Position numbers and translations under genes: made by a program. This document shows positions 1 through 9,784 of a DNA stretch of 64,000 nucleotides, piece after piece. The stretch is taken from assembly GCA_963785725.1 (NCBI GenBank), contig CAWAWS010000003.1, positions 288,001 through 352,000 on the forward strand, written 5' to 3'. This stretch comes from an uncultured delta proteobacterium (GTDB lineage Bacteria; Myxococcota_A; Polyangia; Palsa-1104). How positions within the stretch are numbered: position 1 is the first letter of the stretch; each line of letters starts with the position of its first letter. The notes under the pieces are model-generated. The model did no database searches, was not told the origin of the DNA, and was given only the letters and a program-made list of their open reading frames with translations.

Positions 1-623
1 CCCTCGGCGCACTCGGAGCGCAACCGACCACTAAAGACAAAGCCATGGCCATTGCAATACGGTCTAGGGACATCTTGACCTCCGACTGTTCGGCGTTCGT
101 CGGCAGCGGGCGCGCGCGGGCATGCATTCGCCGACGCAGCCGCACACGAGCAGCCAACGGACGCGGTTCGGCCGCTCGATGCGGCCCTCAACTCACGATC
201 GCCGATCGAATGATCCGCCGATCGAACGGCCTGACGTTCCGGCGCGTGTTCTCGTATGGAGCGGCGCGCGCTCGTCCCATACTTCGAACGACGAACAATG
301 TTTCACCAGCGTAAATATCAGTCAAACATTTTCGCAATCATGCATGAACACGCATAAACGCCGGAAAACAACGCGTCGCAGCGCACTTCGGCAATCCTCA
401 ACGCTTATCGAATTCTGCGGAAATCGAACAAAGTCCGCGTTAGTCAGAGCGTCTCACGAGCGAGACAGCGACGAAGGACTCCGTTTGCTATGAAGCTTAC
501 GAGCTCGAAAAGGAATGATGATCGAACGACATTCATTCGCCTGCGCGAGCGGTTTTTGCCGAGTGAAACGAGATCTATTTTGCGCGGACGGAGCGAGCCG
601 CGATAGCGGCGTGAACGCGAACG

Positions 624-1010
624 CTAATGCTGCAGCCACTCGCAGAGCGCGATGGCGCCGATCATGGCGGGCGCGAGAATGGCCCAGCCGATGATGCGAA
701 AGCGCCGCTCTTTGACGAGCGCGCGGTCGTCGGCGCGACCCATCGCCAAGATGATGCGCGGCTCGATCAGGCCGGGAATGCCCAGCGCCAAGCAGCAAAT
801 GCCGGCGATGACTCCTTTGGGGCTGAATTTGTGCTCGTTCGTGATGTCGTACCACTCGAAGCCGCCTACGAGGGCGGCGAGGCCCACCACGAGCAAGGCG
901 CGCAGCCGGCCTCGGCGTCGCACGATGCGCAGCGCCTCTTCGGGCGAAGCGAGCGACTGCAGCGGATCATTCGGCGTCGGCGTCATTTTCGGCGCGGGTG
1001 ACAGTGCCAT
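624..1010 (-). CDS. Hypothetical membrane protein (about 3 TM segments)
   Basis: ORF with three hydrophobic stretches; start uncertain (1010 or 1025). Confidence 0.6.
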   Translation of the reverse strand: MALSPAPKMTPTPNDPLQSLASPEEALRIVRRRGRLRALLVVGLAALVGGFEWYDITNEHKFSPKGVIAGICCLALGIPGLIEPRIILAMGRADDRALVKERRFRIIGWAILAPAMIGAIALCEWLQH

Positions 1011-1104
1011 TGCAGCGACCTCCATTTCATTCGCTTGCGACTATACTGATGGTCACTGTTCGACTGCGCTGCGTCAAGTGAGGCCGAGCACGCGTAAGGC
1101 GGGA

Positions 1105-1398
1105 ATGCAGATGGCGGACTATGGAATCGATTGGCTGGAGCGGCGAACGATGGCGCTCTTTGGCGCATCGGCGGCGCAGGCGCTCGCGATTCTCACCGAT
1201 GAAATGGCGGGAATACCGCGCGAATCCTTAGCCCGCGTGCGCGCGCAAATGGTGTGGCTGGCGAACGGCGATATGCCCGAGCTGCATCGGCGGCAAATGG
1301 ACGCGCGTCGCGATTGGCGCGATATCGAGAGCGAATATCAGTCGGAGGTTTCGCTCGAGCGTTCGCGCGTTCCGCCGAAGCGGAATTGGACTTTATAG
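1105..1398 (+). CDS. Hypothetical protein
   Basis: C-terminal part of ORF 652..1398 from MQMADYGIDW; protein-like composition; ends just before the hairpin at 1410. Confidence 0.5.
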   Translation: MQMADYGIDWLERRTMALFGASAAQALAILTDEMAGIPRESLARVRAQMVWLANGDMPELHRRQMDARRDWRDIESEYQSEVSLERSRVPPKRNWTL

Positions 1399-1409
1399 CG
1401 GTACACATG

Positions 1410-1441
1410 AAAAAGCCCACCGCGCCGAGACGCGGTGGGCT
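1410..1441 (-). terminator. Rho-independent terminator of the S53 peptidase gene
   Basis: AGCCCACCGCG-ccgaga-CGCGGTGGGCT hairpin with an A-tract on + (U-tract on -). Confidence 0.8.
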
Positions 1442-1465
1442 GCAGTGACTACGCGCGACTAAGGA

Positions 1466-3160
1466 TTACGCGCGACGACGACGATAGATCGAGAGGCCGA
1501 GCAGCGCGAGCATGAGCGGGAGGGCCAGCACGCCGTTGTTCGAGGGCGCGCCGCCGAGCGAGCAGCCGCAGCCGGTGTCGCCCGAGCCGTGCGAGCCGCC
1601 GCCGCCGGCCGCGCCGGTGCCGCCAGCCGCGCCGGTGCCGCCGGCCGCGCCCGTGCCGCCGGCCGAACCGGTGCCGCCAGCCGAGCCCGTGCCGCCGCCG
1701 TTGCCGCCGGTGCCGACCGGCTGCGACAGGTCGTCGCTGACCGCCATGTCGACGATGACCGGCTTCGCCATGTCGATGATGACCGGCGGGGTGGTCGTCG
1801 TCATGTCGGGACTGACCGCCATGTCCGGCGGCGTCGTCGACGAGACGCCACCGAGCTGCGCGAGCGCGGCCGCGTTCGGCGTGCCGATGCCGGTCTCGCC
1901 GTCCCAGCCCACGCCCGAGATGCAGAGCGCGGTCGTGCACGAGCCGTTGTTGTTGACCGAGCTGCCGACGACGTCCCAGTAGGCCGAGGTGTGCGCGTAG
2001 GGGAACGACGGGCCGACCTTGTTGTTGCCGGTCATGGCGTAGATGGCCGAGACGATTGGCGTCGCCGCGCTGGTGCCGCCGTAAACGCCCCAGTTCGTGA
2101 TGTCGCCCGTCGACGTGCCGCCGCCGGCCTCGTAAACCGCGACGCCCGTTTCCGGATCGCCGACGGCCGAGACGTCCGACGCCGCGCGGAACTTGCAGGT
2201 CGCGGTCGGGATGATGCTCTGGTAGGTGGGCTTGGCGATGTACTTCGAGCACGAGCTGCCGGCCGAGCCGTTCTTCGAGTCGACGCCCCAGGGCAGCTCG
2301 GTGTAGCCGCGCGCCGTCGTCGCGTCGACGGTCAGCGCCGTGCCGCCGACGCCCGTGACGTAGGCCGACGTGCTCGGGTACTGCGGCGACTTGCCACCCG
2401 AGTCGTAGCCGTCGTCGCCGGCGGCGCTGAAGATGCCGATCGTCTGCGCCGGCGTCTTGTAGTACTGGGTCTCTTCGCTGCTGATGGTGCTGTCCTCGGT
2501 GCCGCTCCAGCTGTTGCTGACGACGTCGGCGCCGAGGCTGGCGGCGGTCGCCTGCCCTTCGTCGAGGCTGTTCTGGTCACTCGAGTCGCCGAGGAGGAGG
2601 ATGATCTTGCAGTTCGGGCAGATGGCCGACACCATGTCCATGTCGAGCGCGGCTTCGCCGTTCCAGTTCTTGGTGTCGCTGCCCGACGGCACCGCGCCAC
2701 CGTTGGAGCCCTTGATCGTCAAGCAGCCGCTGGCGACGGTGCACGGCGGCAGGCCGTACATCGTGCGATAGGCCGCCAAGTCGCTCTCGGCGTTCGGGTA
2801 GCCGTTCAAGTCGACGATGGCGACCGTCTTGCCCACGCCCCACGCCGGGTCGATGCCGTAAGCCTTCTGCAGATCCGACGGACCGAAGCCCGAGGGCAGG
2901 CCGTTGGCGAGCGGTTTGATGTGGTGCGAGCCGGTGACCGGATCGACGAGGCGAACGGAGTTGCAGTGAACGCGCGCCGTGGGATCGCAGACGCGCTCAT
3001 GCGGCATGCCCTTCAAGTGAGCCACGGGATTGATATACGGAACCGCCGCCACGCCCTCGGCAAACGCCGGCACCGCCGCGCCGACGCCGACCGCGCCGAG
3101 TGAGAGCGACACGAACAGCGCTGCAACCTTCGAAGAATTCGCCACCACAGACCTGCTCAT
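1466..3160 (-). CDS. Secreted S53 (sedolisin/kumamolisin-like) serine peptidase with MYXO-CTERM anchor
   Basis: Signal peptide; EAALD, AAGDDG and GGTSAATP motifs; C-terminal GCGCS-hydrophobic helix-RRRR; AAGGAG RBS. Confidence 0.88.
   Translation of the reverse strand: MSRSVVANSSKVAALFVSLSLGAVGVGAAVPAFAEGVAAVPYINPVAHLKGMPHERVCDPTARVHCNSVRLVDPVTGSHHIKPLANGLPSGFGPSDLQKAYGIDPAWGVGKTVAIVDLNGYPNAESDLAAYRTMYGLPPCTVASGCLTIKGSNGGAVPSGSDTKNWNGEAALDMDMVSAICPNCKIILLLGDSSDQNSLDEGQATAASLGADVVSNSWSGTEDSTISSEETQYYKTPAQTIGIFSAAGDDGYDSGGKSPQYPSTSAYVTGVGGTALTVDATTARGYTELPWGVDSKNGSAGSSCSKYIAKPTYQSIIPTATCKFRAASDVSAVGDPETGVAVYEAGGGTSTGDITNWGVYGGTSAATPIVSAIYAMTGNNKVGPSFPYAHTSAYWDVVGSSVNNNGSCTTALCISGVGWDGETGIGTPNAAALAQLGGVSSTTPPDMAVSPDMTTTTPPVIIDMAKPVIVDMAVSDDLSQPVGTGGNGGGTGSAGGTGSAGGTGAAGGTGAAGGTGAAGGGGSHGSGDTGCGCSLGGAPSNNGVLALPLMLALLGLSIYRRRRA
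1601..1699 (-). repeat. 18-bp tandem repeat encoding a GGTG(S/A)A linker
   Basis: About five imperfect copies inside the peptidase linker. Confidence 0.7.
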
Positions 3161-3198
3161 GTACCGGCTCCTTTAGCCCACGTGCTGCCCGCGGCCTG

Positions 3199-3214
3199 AG
3201 CAAGCGGCTCGCCA
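3199..3214 (-). promoter_or_regulatory. Putative sigma54 -24/-12 promoter of the S53 peptidase
   Basis: TGGCGA-N5-TTGCT on minus strand about 40 bp upstream of the ATG. Confidence 0.6.
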
Positions 3215-3907
3215 ACTTCATGAAGTGGACGTTGACCGTTGATTCCGTGTGGATAGCGAACAGGCGCACAAAAGCCGATCGGGGCGAATGGCTACGTCGC
3301 GATCGCCGGCGTCGAAGCGACGCGACGGAATTCGCGCGCCCGCGGTTCCAGTAATCCGACGTTTTATGACGCGACGAGTTTTACGACGCGCAATCCAGCG
3401 TATATCGCATTACTAATTCGGCTTCAGTTGTAGGGAATTACGGGGATTGCGACGCGTGCGACAGGCGTAGCTGCACACGACAGTGTGCGATCGGCTGGGG
3501 AAAAAGCCCCACGAACGACGCGCGCGATCGAAAACGCGAGCTGGGGAAACTCGGGGCAGCGAGTGGAGTCACCACCTGCGTGACCTATCGTGCGCAGCTC
3601 GTCGTTGGCTCGGCGATCGGAGACATGAGTGCCGCAGGCGGAAAATGCGGGACGCGCCAATCGCGGCAACGCGGGACGCGCGGTCGCGCGCCCTGTCTCA
3701 TCCGCGAGGCAGCTGACGGCGGCGGTTGGCGATCGATCGGATCGGCGGTCGCGCGATCCGCAGTCGCGCGCTGAATTCCCGAGGATGGTGGGCTCGACAT
3801 CGACCCCCAGCCGCCCGCCCATCGTTATCGTCACGGCCGTCCAGAAGTTGCTACCGCCGCCGCTCCCGTCGCTCGCTGTTCGTCCGTGGACATATTCGCT
3901 ACCGTGT

Positions 3908-3923
3908 TTTGCAATCATGCAAA
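3908..3923. promoter_or_regulatory. Palindrome over the LysR start codon (possible autoregulatory site)
   Basis: TTTGCA-atca-TGCAAA. Confidence 0.45.
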
Positions 3924-4804
3924 GCGCCATTCGCTTCGACGATCTGCGGCTCCTGCTCGTGCTCTCGCGCCAAGGCAGCTTCCTCGCCGCCGGTCGGCTG
4001 CTCGGGCTCTCGACCTCCACCGTCGCCCGCCGCCTGGCCGCGCTCGAAACCGCCGTCGGTCGCGCGCTCGTCGTGCGCTCGTCGTCGGGCACGGCGCTCG
4101 AGCCCGACGCCGCCGGCCTGGTCGCGCTCGCCGAGCAGATGGAGCTGGGCCTCGAAGCGCTGCGCCGCGACGACCCGGCGCAGACGTCGCGCCTGGCCGG
4201 CGTCGTGCGCATCAGCGCCAGCGAGGTCATGATGCCGCCCTTGACGCAGGTGATGGCGCAGGTGCGTCGCCAGCATCCCGAGATCGAGATCGAGCTCATC
4301 AGCGAGACGCGCCTGTCGGATCTGCTGCGCCGCGAGACCGACTTCGGCCTGCGCTCGGCGCGCGCGACGTCGAAGCTGCTCATCGAGCGCAAGCTGACGA
4401 CGATTCGCTTCGGCCTCTTCGCCGCGCAGAGCTACGTCGAGCGCCGGCTGCCGCGCGCGCGCCTGCGCCTCGTCGACGTCGCCCGGCAGGATTTCGTCGG
4501 CTACGAGGGCGAGATGCGCAAGTTTCTGCCGCATCGCTTCCTGACGAGCATCGGCGCCGCGCGCTTTCCCTTTCGCAGCAACTCGGACTTGGCGGTGCTG
4601 GAAGCCGTGCGCCAAGGCCAAGGCATCGCCCTCTTGGGTGAGCCGCTCGGTCGCGAACAGGGGCTGACGACGATCGACTTCGAAGGCGCGCTGCCGTCGG
4701 TGCCGCTGTATCTCGTCTACCATCCGTCGCTGCGGCGGGTGCCGCGCATGCAGGTCGTCGCCCGCGCGCTCGAGAGCGCGATCAAGGCGCGGCTCGGCGC
4801 CTGA
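3917..4804 (+). CDS. LysR-family transcriptional regulator
   Basis: N-terminal HTH (GSFLAAGRLLGLSTSTVARRLAALE) plus substrate-binding domain, about 295 aa. Confidence 0.92.
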   Translation: MQSAIRFDDLRLLLVLSRQGSFLAAGRLLGLSTSTVARRLAALETAVGRALVVRSSSGTALEPDAAGLVALAEQMELGLEALRRDDPAQTSRLAGVVRISASEVMMPPLTQVMAQVRRQHPEIEIELISETRLSDLLRRETDFGLRSARATSKLLIERKLTTIRFGLFAAQSYVERRLPRARLRLVDVARQDFVGYEGEMRKFLPHRFLTSIGAARFPFRSNSDLAVLEAVRQGQGIALLGEPLGREQGLTTIDFEGALPSVPLYLVYHPSLRRVPRMQVVARALESAIKARLGA

Positions 4805-4862
4805 GGTCAACCGTGTGCGCCGGGCACTTCCCGCGTCGCGGCGATTCGGCATAATACGGCGA

Positions 4863-5684
4863 ATGTCGCGGATTTCGTCAGGTGCGCTCGTCGTGTGCGC
4901 GTGGGTCACCGGTTGCAGCCACGTCGCGCCGCCGGCGGCGCAGGCGCCCATCGCCGCGGCGCCCGTCGTCGCCACGCCCATCGCGCCCGCGCCGGCGTTG
5001 ACGAGCGAAGCCGACAAGACGCTCTATGCGCTCGGTCTCGTCGTCGGGCGCAACCTGAGCAACTTCGACATCACGCCGAGCGAGCTGCTGCTGGTCGAGC
5101 GCGGTATCCACGACGCCGCGCTGCGCGACAAGCCGCTCGTCGAGCTCGACGACTACGGCCCCAAGGTCAACAAGCTCGGTCGCGCGCGCTCGGAGGCGCG
5201 GGCCGCGCTCGAAAAGGAGCGCGGTCGCGTCTACGCCACGCGTCTCGCCGGCGAGCCCGACACGCAGCTGTTCACGAGCGGCCTCGTCTTGCGCACGCTC
5301 AGCGCCGGCAGCGGCGACACGCCGAACGACGGCGATCAAGTGAAGGTGAGCTATCGCGGTACGCTCGTCGACGGGACCGAGTTCGACAGCTCCTTCAAGC
5401 GCAACGAGCCGGCCACGTTTCCGCTCAGGAACGTCATTCCCTGCTGGACCGAAGCGCTGCAGCACGTGCGCGTCGGCGGGCGCGCGCGGCTCGTCTGTCC
5501 GTCGCACATCGCCTACGGCAATCAGGGGCGGCCGCCGACGATTCCCGGCGGCGCGACGCTGACGTTCGAGGTCGAGCTGCTCGAAATCGTCAAGGCGCAG
5601 TCGCCGCCGCCGCCGCCGGTCGCGAAGCCGAAGCTGCCGTCCAAGCCGCTGACGCCGCCGACCGCGCAGCCGGCCTGGAATTGA
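4863..5684 (+). CDS. FKBP-type peptidyl-prolyl isomerase (FkpA-like lipoprotein)
   Basis: VKVSYRGTLVDGTEFDSS, VIPCWTEAL, IAYG..IPGGATLTFEVELL; lipobox-like VTGC. Confidence 0.92.
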   Translation: MSRISSGALVVCAWVTGCSHVAPPAAQAPIAAAPVVATPIAPAPALTSEADKTLYALGLVVGRNLSNFDITPSELLLVERGIHDAALRDKPLVELDDYGPKVNKLGRARSEARAALEKERGRVYATRLAGEPDTQLFTSGLVLRTLSAGSGDTPNDGDQVKVSYRGTLVDGTEFDSSFKRNEPATFPLRNVIPCWTEALQHVRVGGRARLVCPSHIAYGNQGRPPTIPGGATLTFEVELLEIVKAQSPPPPPVAKPKLPSKPLTPPTAQPAWN

Positions 5685-5700
5685 CGACGCCGCCGCGCCG

Positions 5701-8700
5701 TCAGCCGATGCCGAAGCCGGGCACGTAGAAGGCGGCGAAGCGCGCCGGATTGCGCACGCCTTCGGCGGTGAAGAAGCTGGCGGCGCGCGCGACGAGCTGC
5801 CGGCCGTTGTCGCCGCCCATGACCGTGCCGCGCACCCACCGCGCCGCGGCGACCTGCGCGCCGAGGCCGCTCTCTTCCAACAGCGGCTCGGCGGCACCGA
5901 GCAGCTGCAGCGCCGCCTGGCGCTCGCCGCGCACGTTGGCGAGCGACGCGCGCAGGAGCGTCGCCACCGCCGTCGCCCAGCCGACGCCTTCGCGCCCGAG
6001 CCGGCGCGTGTCGTGCTCGGCGCTGGCCAATAGCTCCGGGCGCGCGCCGGCCGCGGCGATGGCGACGCCGGCGCGCGACCACAAGGCGCTGACGCGCGCC
6101 GTCTGCACGCGCATGAGCCCGACGCGGCTGAAGCGATCGAGCTGCGCCAAGCGCGTCCAGCCTTGCACGGCGTCGCCAAAGTAGAGATCGGTGCACACCT
6201 CGGCGATGAGCGCGTTGAAGTGTTGGATGTGGAATTCGTCGGGCGCGTTCCAGCGCGACAGGGCTTCGCGCACGCTGCGACGCGCTTCGTCGGGGCGATC
6301 TTCGGCCAAGCGGCACTGATAGCCGACGGTGATGGCCAGGTTCGTCTGCGCGTACAAGTCGCCGCGGGCACGCGCTTCGGCGACGAGGCGATCGAGCCGC
6401 GCCGTCAGCTCGCGCAAGCGCCCCAGCACCGACAGCGAATAGAGATGGAAGATCTGCGACGTCGAGCGCTCCCACGAGAACCCGGAGCAGCGATCGCGGA
6501 AGATCTCCTCGGCGCGCTCGAGCGGCTCGACCGAGGCGCGAAAGCGGCCTTCGAAGTGGGCGATGATGCCGTTGGTGCCGCTGGCGATGGCGAGCGCCAC
6601 CGGCGTGTCGAGCCGCTGCGCGAGCGCGTCGACGCTGGCGAGCACGGCGGCCGCGCGCGGCGCGGCTTTGTGGCCGGGCAGCGCCAAGAAGCAGGCCTCG
6701 GCCGCCAGCGCGCGCATCGCGCGATACGGCTCGCCGGCGTCGAGCGACAAGCGCAGCTGCTCGGCCTGAAAGCCCGCGCCGCGAATGGCGTCGACGAGCG
6801 CCAACCCGGCGGTGACGGCATAGGCGGCGTCGATGCGCGTCAAGACGTCGGGCGCCAGCTGCGACGAGTCCTTCTCGCGGAACTGCAGCCCGCGCAGCGC
6901 GATGCGCGCCCGCTGCCAGCCGAGCGACAAGAGCGCGCGCGCGTGGCTCCGCGGCAGCTTCATGCCGATGACCTTGAGCACCTCTTGGATCGTCTGCATG
7001 CCCTCGGCGATGTGCCCCGAGCGCAAGAGCTCCTGCGCGGCCAGCCGGCGCAGCTCGATCGCCTCGGCCGCCGGCGCGCCGACGAGCGCTTGCAGATAGG
7101 CGCGCGCCGCTTCCGGGCCACGGCCGGCGTGGGTCAAGGCGTCGCCGAGCTGACGGCGCAGCCGGCGCAGCTCGTCGGCGCCGCCGGCGTGCAGCTCGGT
7201 CGCCAGCCGATACAGGTCGGCCGCGCGATCGAACGCCAGCGCGTCGGCGGCGCGCGCCGCCGCCAGCTGCACGTATTCGACCGCGCGCGCGTGCTCGCCG
7301 GCGGCGCGCAGATGCACGGCCACCGCTTCCGGATCGGGCGACGCCGCCGACGCCAGCGCGCGCGCCAGCCGGCCGTGCAGCCGCTTGGCCTTGGCGTCGT
7401 CGACGAGCTCGAGCGCGGCCGCGCGCGTGCAATCGTGATAGCACTCGACGGCGCGCCGCTGATCGTCGCCACGCGTGCGCACCAGGTTGGCCGCCTTCAG
7501 CACCGACAAGGGCTGCAGCGTCGTGATCTCGGCGGCGCGCATCGCCGACACCAGCGCGATGGGCGAGCCGGCGACGGCCACGACCTCCAACAGCCGCACC
7601 GCGTCCGCCGGCAGCCGCTGCAGCCGCTCGCGCAAGACGCGCTCGAGCGCGATGCGCGAGTCGGACGCCGGCAGCTCCGATTCGCGCGCGTGCCGGGCCA
7701 GCTCGTCGATGAACAAGGGATTGCCGCCGCTCTCCTGCACGATCTGCTTGGCCAGCGGTGACAGCTCGCGGTCGCCGTCGACGAGCTGATGCGCCAGCTG
7801 CACCGCTTCGTCGGGATCGAGCGGCCCCACTTCCAGCTCCGCCAGATCGACGTCACGCGGAATCGCCGCCGACAGCGCGCGCAAAAACGGGCTGTGCGCG
7901 CGATCTTCGGTGCGATGGCAGACGACGAGCAAGAGCGCCGGCGCATCGGGCGGCTCGAGCAGCGCCGCCAAGAGCGCCGCCGAGTCGGCGTCACCCCACT
8001 GCACGTCGTCGAGCGCGAGCACGACCGGGCGGCGATCGCCGATGCGCTGCAAGAGCTCGCGCAGGGCGCCGAAGCCGCGCCGGCGATGCTCGTGCGGATC
8101 GGCCGTCTGCGCGCCGCGATGGGGCGCGGCGACGACGGCCTCGACCTGCCGCAACACGGGAAACAGCCGCGCCAACGCGTGCACGTCGCGCGGCATCAGC
8201 CCCTCGGTGTCGAGCCGATCGAGCCGCGCCAGGTGTTGGCTGAGCGCGTCCATGACGCTGTCGAGCGCCTTGTAGGGCACCGATTCGCGCTCGTAGCAGC
8301 GGCCGGACAGCACGACGGCGCCGTGGGTCTCGGTCTCGTCGAGGAAGCGGCGCACGAGCGAGCTCGTGCCCATGCCCGATTCGCCGTGGACGAAGCGCAC
8401 GACGGTGCGGCCGGCGCGCGCGGCGGCGAAGGCGGCGGCGAGCGCGTCGAGCTGGCGCCGGCGGCCGATGAGCCGCGCGCCCTCGTGCGACGACGTGCGC
8501 GTCTGCGCCGCCGCCTGCCCGGCGTCGTCGCCGAGCCGCCGCAGAATCTCTTGTCCCGACGGGCGCGCCGCCGGATCGCGGCGCAACAGCTCGACGCACA
8601 AGACGTCGAGGTCGCTCGGCACGCCCGGGCAGCGCGCGCTCGGCGGCGGCGGATCGTACTGCTGCTTCTCGACGAGCATCTGCGGCGGCGACCCCGAAAA

Positions 8701-9483
8701 CGGCAGCCCGCCCGTCAGCGACTCGTAGAGCATGACGCCCACCGAGTACCAGTCGCTGGCCGGCGTCAGCGGCAGCCGCGCGCCCTGCTCCGGCGACATA
8801 TACGCGGCCGTCCCGGCCACGCCCGGCTCCGACTGCCGTGTCCGCTCGCGCGCCAGCTCGGTGACCAGCCCGAAGTCGAGGATCTTGAGCCGCGAATCGA
8901 CGGTCACGAGAACGTTCGACGGCTTGAGATCGCGATGCAGCATGCCCGCCACATGCAGCGCCTGCACGCCGCGCGCGAGCTGCAGGATCACCGAGCGCAG
9001 CCGCGGCACGTCGAGCGTCGTGGCGCCTGCCCGCGGCGGAGCCGCGACCTCGACCGGCGCCACTTCGCCGGGATCGCTGCCCGGCGTGCGCTTGCCCGGC
9101 GCGGTGACCTCGGTGTCGGGGACTTCGTCGGTGAACGACTGATCGACCAGCGTCGGGTCGGCGCGCTGCCCCTTGCGCACGTGGCGCATGAAGCTCTCGC
9201 CGCGGACCAGCTCCATCGTGAACATGAGCCGATCGGCGACCGAGATGAGCTCGTACAGCGCCACCAAGTTCGGATGCGTCACATCGGCCAGCGAGCGAAA
9301 CTCGTTCTTGAAGCGCACGAGGCCGCCGGCGTCGAGATCGCGCAGCGTCTTGAGCGCGACCACCTGGCTGCGCTCGCGATCGTACGCTTGATAGACGACG
9401 CCCATGCCGCCGGCGCCGAGCCGCCGCTGCACGACGAAGCGCTCCCCGCCCAGGGCCTCTTCGGCTATTTCGAACGTAGCCAC
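5701..9483 (-). CDS. Ser/Thr protein kinase fused to an AAA/STAND-type NTPase and helical repeats
   Basis: LGAGGMG, VALK, HRDLKPSN, DFG motifs; P-loop-like GESGMGTS; LDDVQW Walker B. Confidence 0.92.
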   Translation of the reverse strand: MATFEIAEEALGGERFVVQRRLGAGGMGVVYQAYDRERSQVVALKTLRDLDAGGLVRFKNEFRSLADVTHPNLVALYELISVADRLMFTMELVRGESFMRHVRKGQRADPTLVDQSFTDEVPDTEVTAPGKRTPGSDPGEVAPVEVAAPPRAGATTLDVPRLRSVILQLARGVQALHVAGMLHRDLKPSNVLVTVDSRLKILDFGLVTELARERTRQSEPGVAGTAAYMSPEQGARLPLTPASDWYSVGVMLYESLTGGLPFSGSPPQMLVEKQQYDPPPPSARCPGVPSDLDVLCVELLRRDPAARPSGQEILRRLGDDAGQAAAQTRTSSHEGARLIGRRRQLDALAAAFAAARAGRTVVRFVHGESGMGTSSLVRRFLDETETHGAVVLSGRCYERESVPYKALDSVMDALSQHLARLDRLDTEGLMPRDVHALARLFPVLRQVEAVVAAPHRGAQTADPHEHRRRGFGALRELLQRIGDRRPVVLALDDVQWGDADSAALLAALLEPPDAPALLLVVCHRTEDRAHSPFLRALSAAIPRDVDLAELEVGPLDPDEAVQLAHQLVDGDRELSPLAKQIVQESGGNPLFIDELARHARESELPASDSRIALERVLRERLQRLPADAVRLLEVVAVAGSPIALVSAMRAAEITTLQPLSVLKAANLVRTRGDDQRRAVECYHDCTRAAALELVDDAKAKRLHGRLARALASAASPDPEAVAVHLRAAGEHARAVEYVQLAAARAADALAFDRAADLYRLATELHAGGADELRRLRRQLGDALTHAGRGPEAARAYLQALVGAPAAEAIELRRLAAQELLRSGHIAEGMQTIQEVLKVIGMKLPRSHARALLSLGWQRARIALRGLQFREKDSSQLAPDVLTRIDAAYAVTAGLALVDAIRGAGFQAEQLRLSLDAGEPYRAMRALAAEACFLALPGHKAAPRAAAVLASVDALAQRLDTPVALAIASGTNGIIAHFEGRFRASVEPLERAEEIFRDRCSGFSWERSTSQIFHLYSLSVLGRLRELTARLDRLVAEARARGDLYAQTNLAITVGYQCRLAEDRPDEARRSVREALSRWNAPDEFHIQHFNALIAEVCTDLYFGDAVQGWTRLAQLDRFSRVGLMRVQTARVSALWSRAGVAIAAAGARPELLASAEHDTRRLGREGVGWATAVATLLRASLANVRGERQAALQLLGAAEPLLEESGLGAQVAAARWVRGTVMGGDNGRQLVARAASFFTAEGVRNPARFAAFYVPGFGIG

Positions 9484-9542
9484 TGCAGCTTGAGCATATC
9501 AGAATGCCGTTTTTTGGTCTTCAGGCCCACCAATCGGCTGCC

Positions 9543-9700
9543 AGTCGGTTGGAATGGCCGTGACAATCAGCCGCAGCAAGTCGGCGGTTGCACTGGGATT
9601 GCAGTCGGTGATTGCACTGGGCCTGGCAGTCGACGATTGGGCGGTTGCACTGGGCGTGGCAGTCGGGCGCATGAGTCGGCGGTTGCAATGGGCGCGGCAG
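9543..9700. repeat. Degenerate tandem repeat (core GGTTGCACTGGG..GCAGTCG)
   Basis: 4-5 imperfect copies with irregular spacing. Confidence 0.55.
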
Positions 9701-9784
9701 AGCTGCGCGCGCGCTCGGCCGATTGGCCGGAGCGGTCGCGGCCAGCACGCGGCTGCGCGTATGCTGTGCCCATGTCCGAGCCGA

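Noticed and set aside
1..620. ORFs 45..314 and 122..493
   Set aside because: Atypical composition and no motifs; treated as intergenic
9543..9700. CRISPR array
   Set aside because: Repeats are degenerate, spacers are short and irregular, and no cas genes are present
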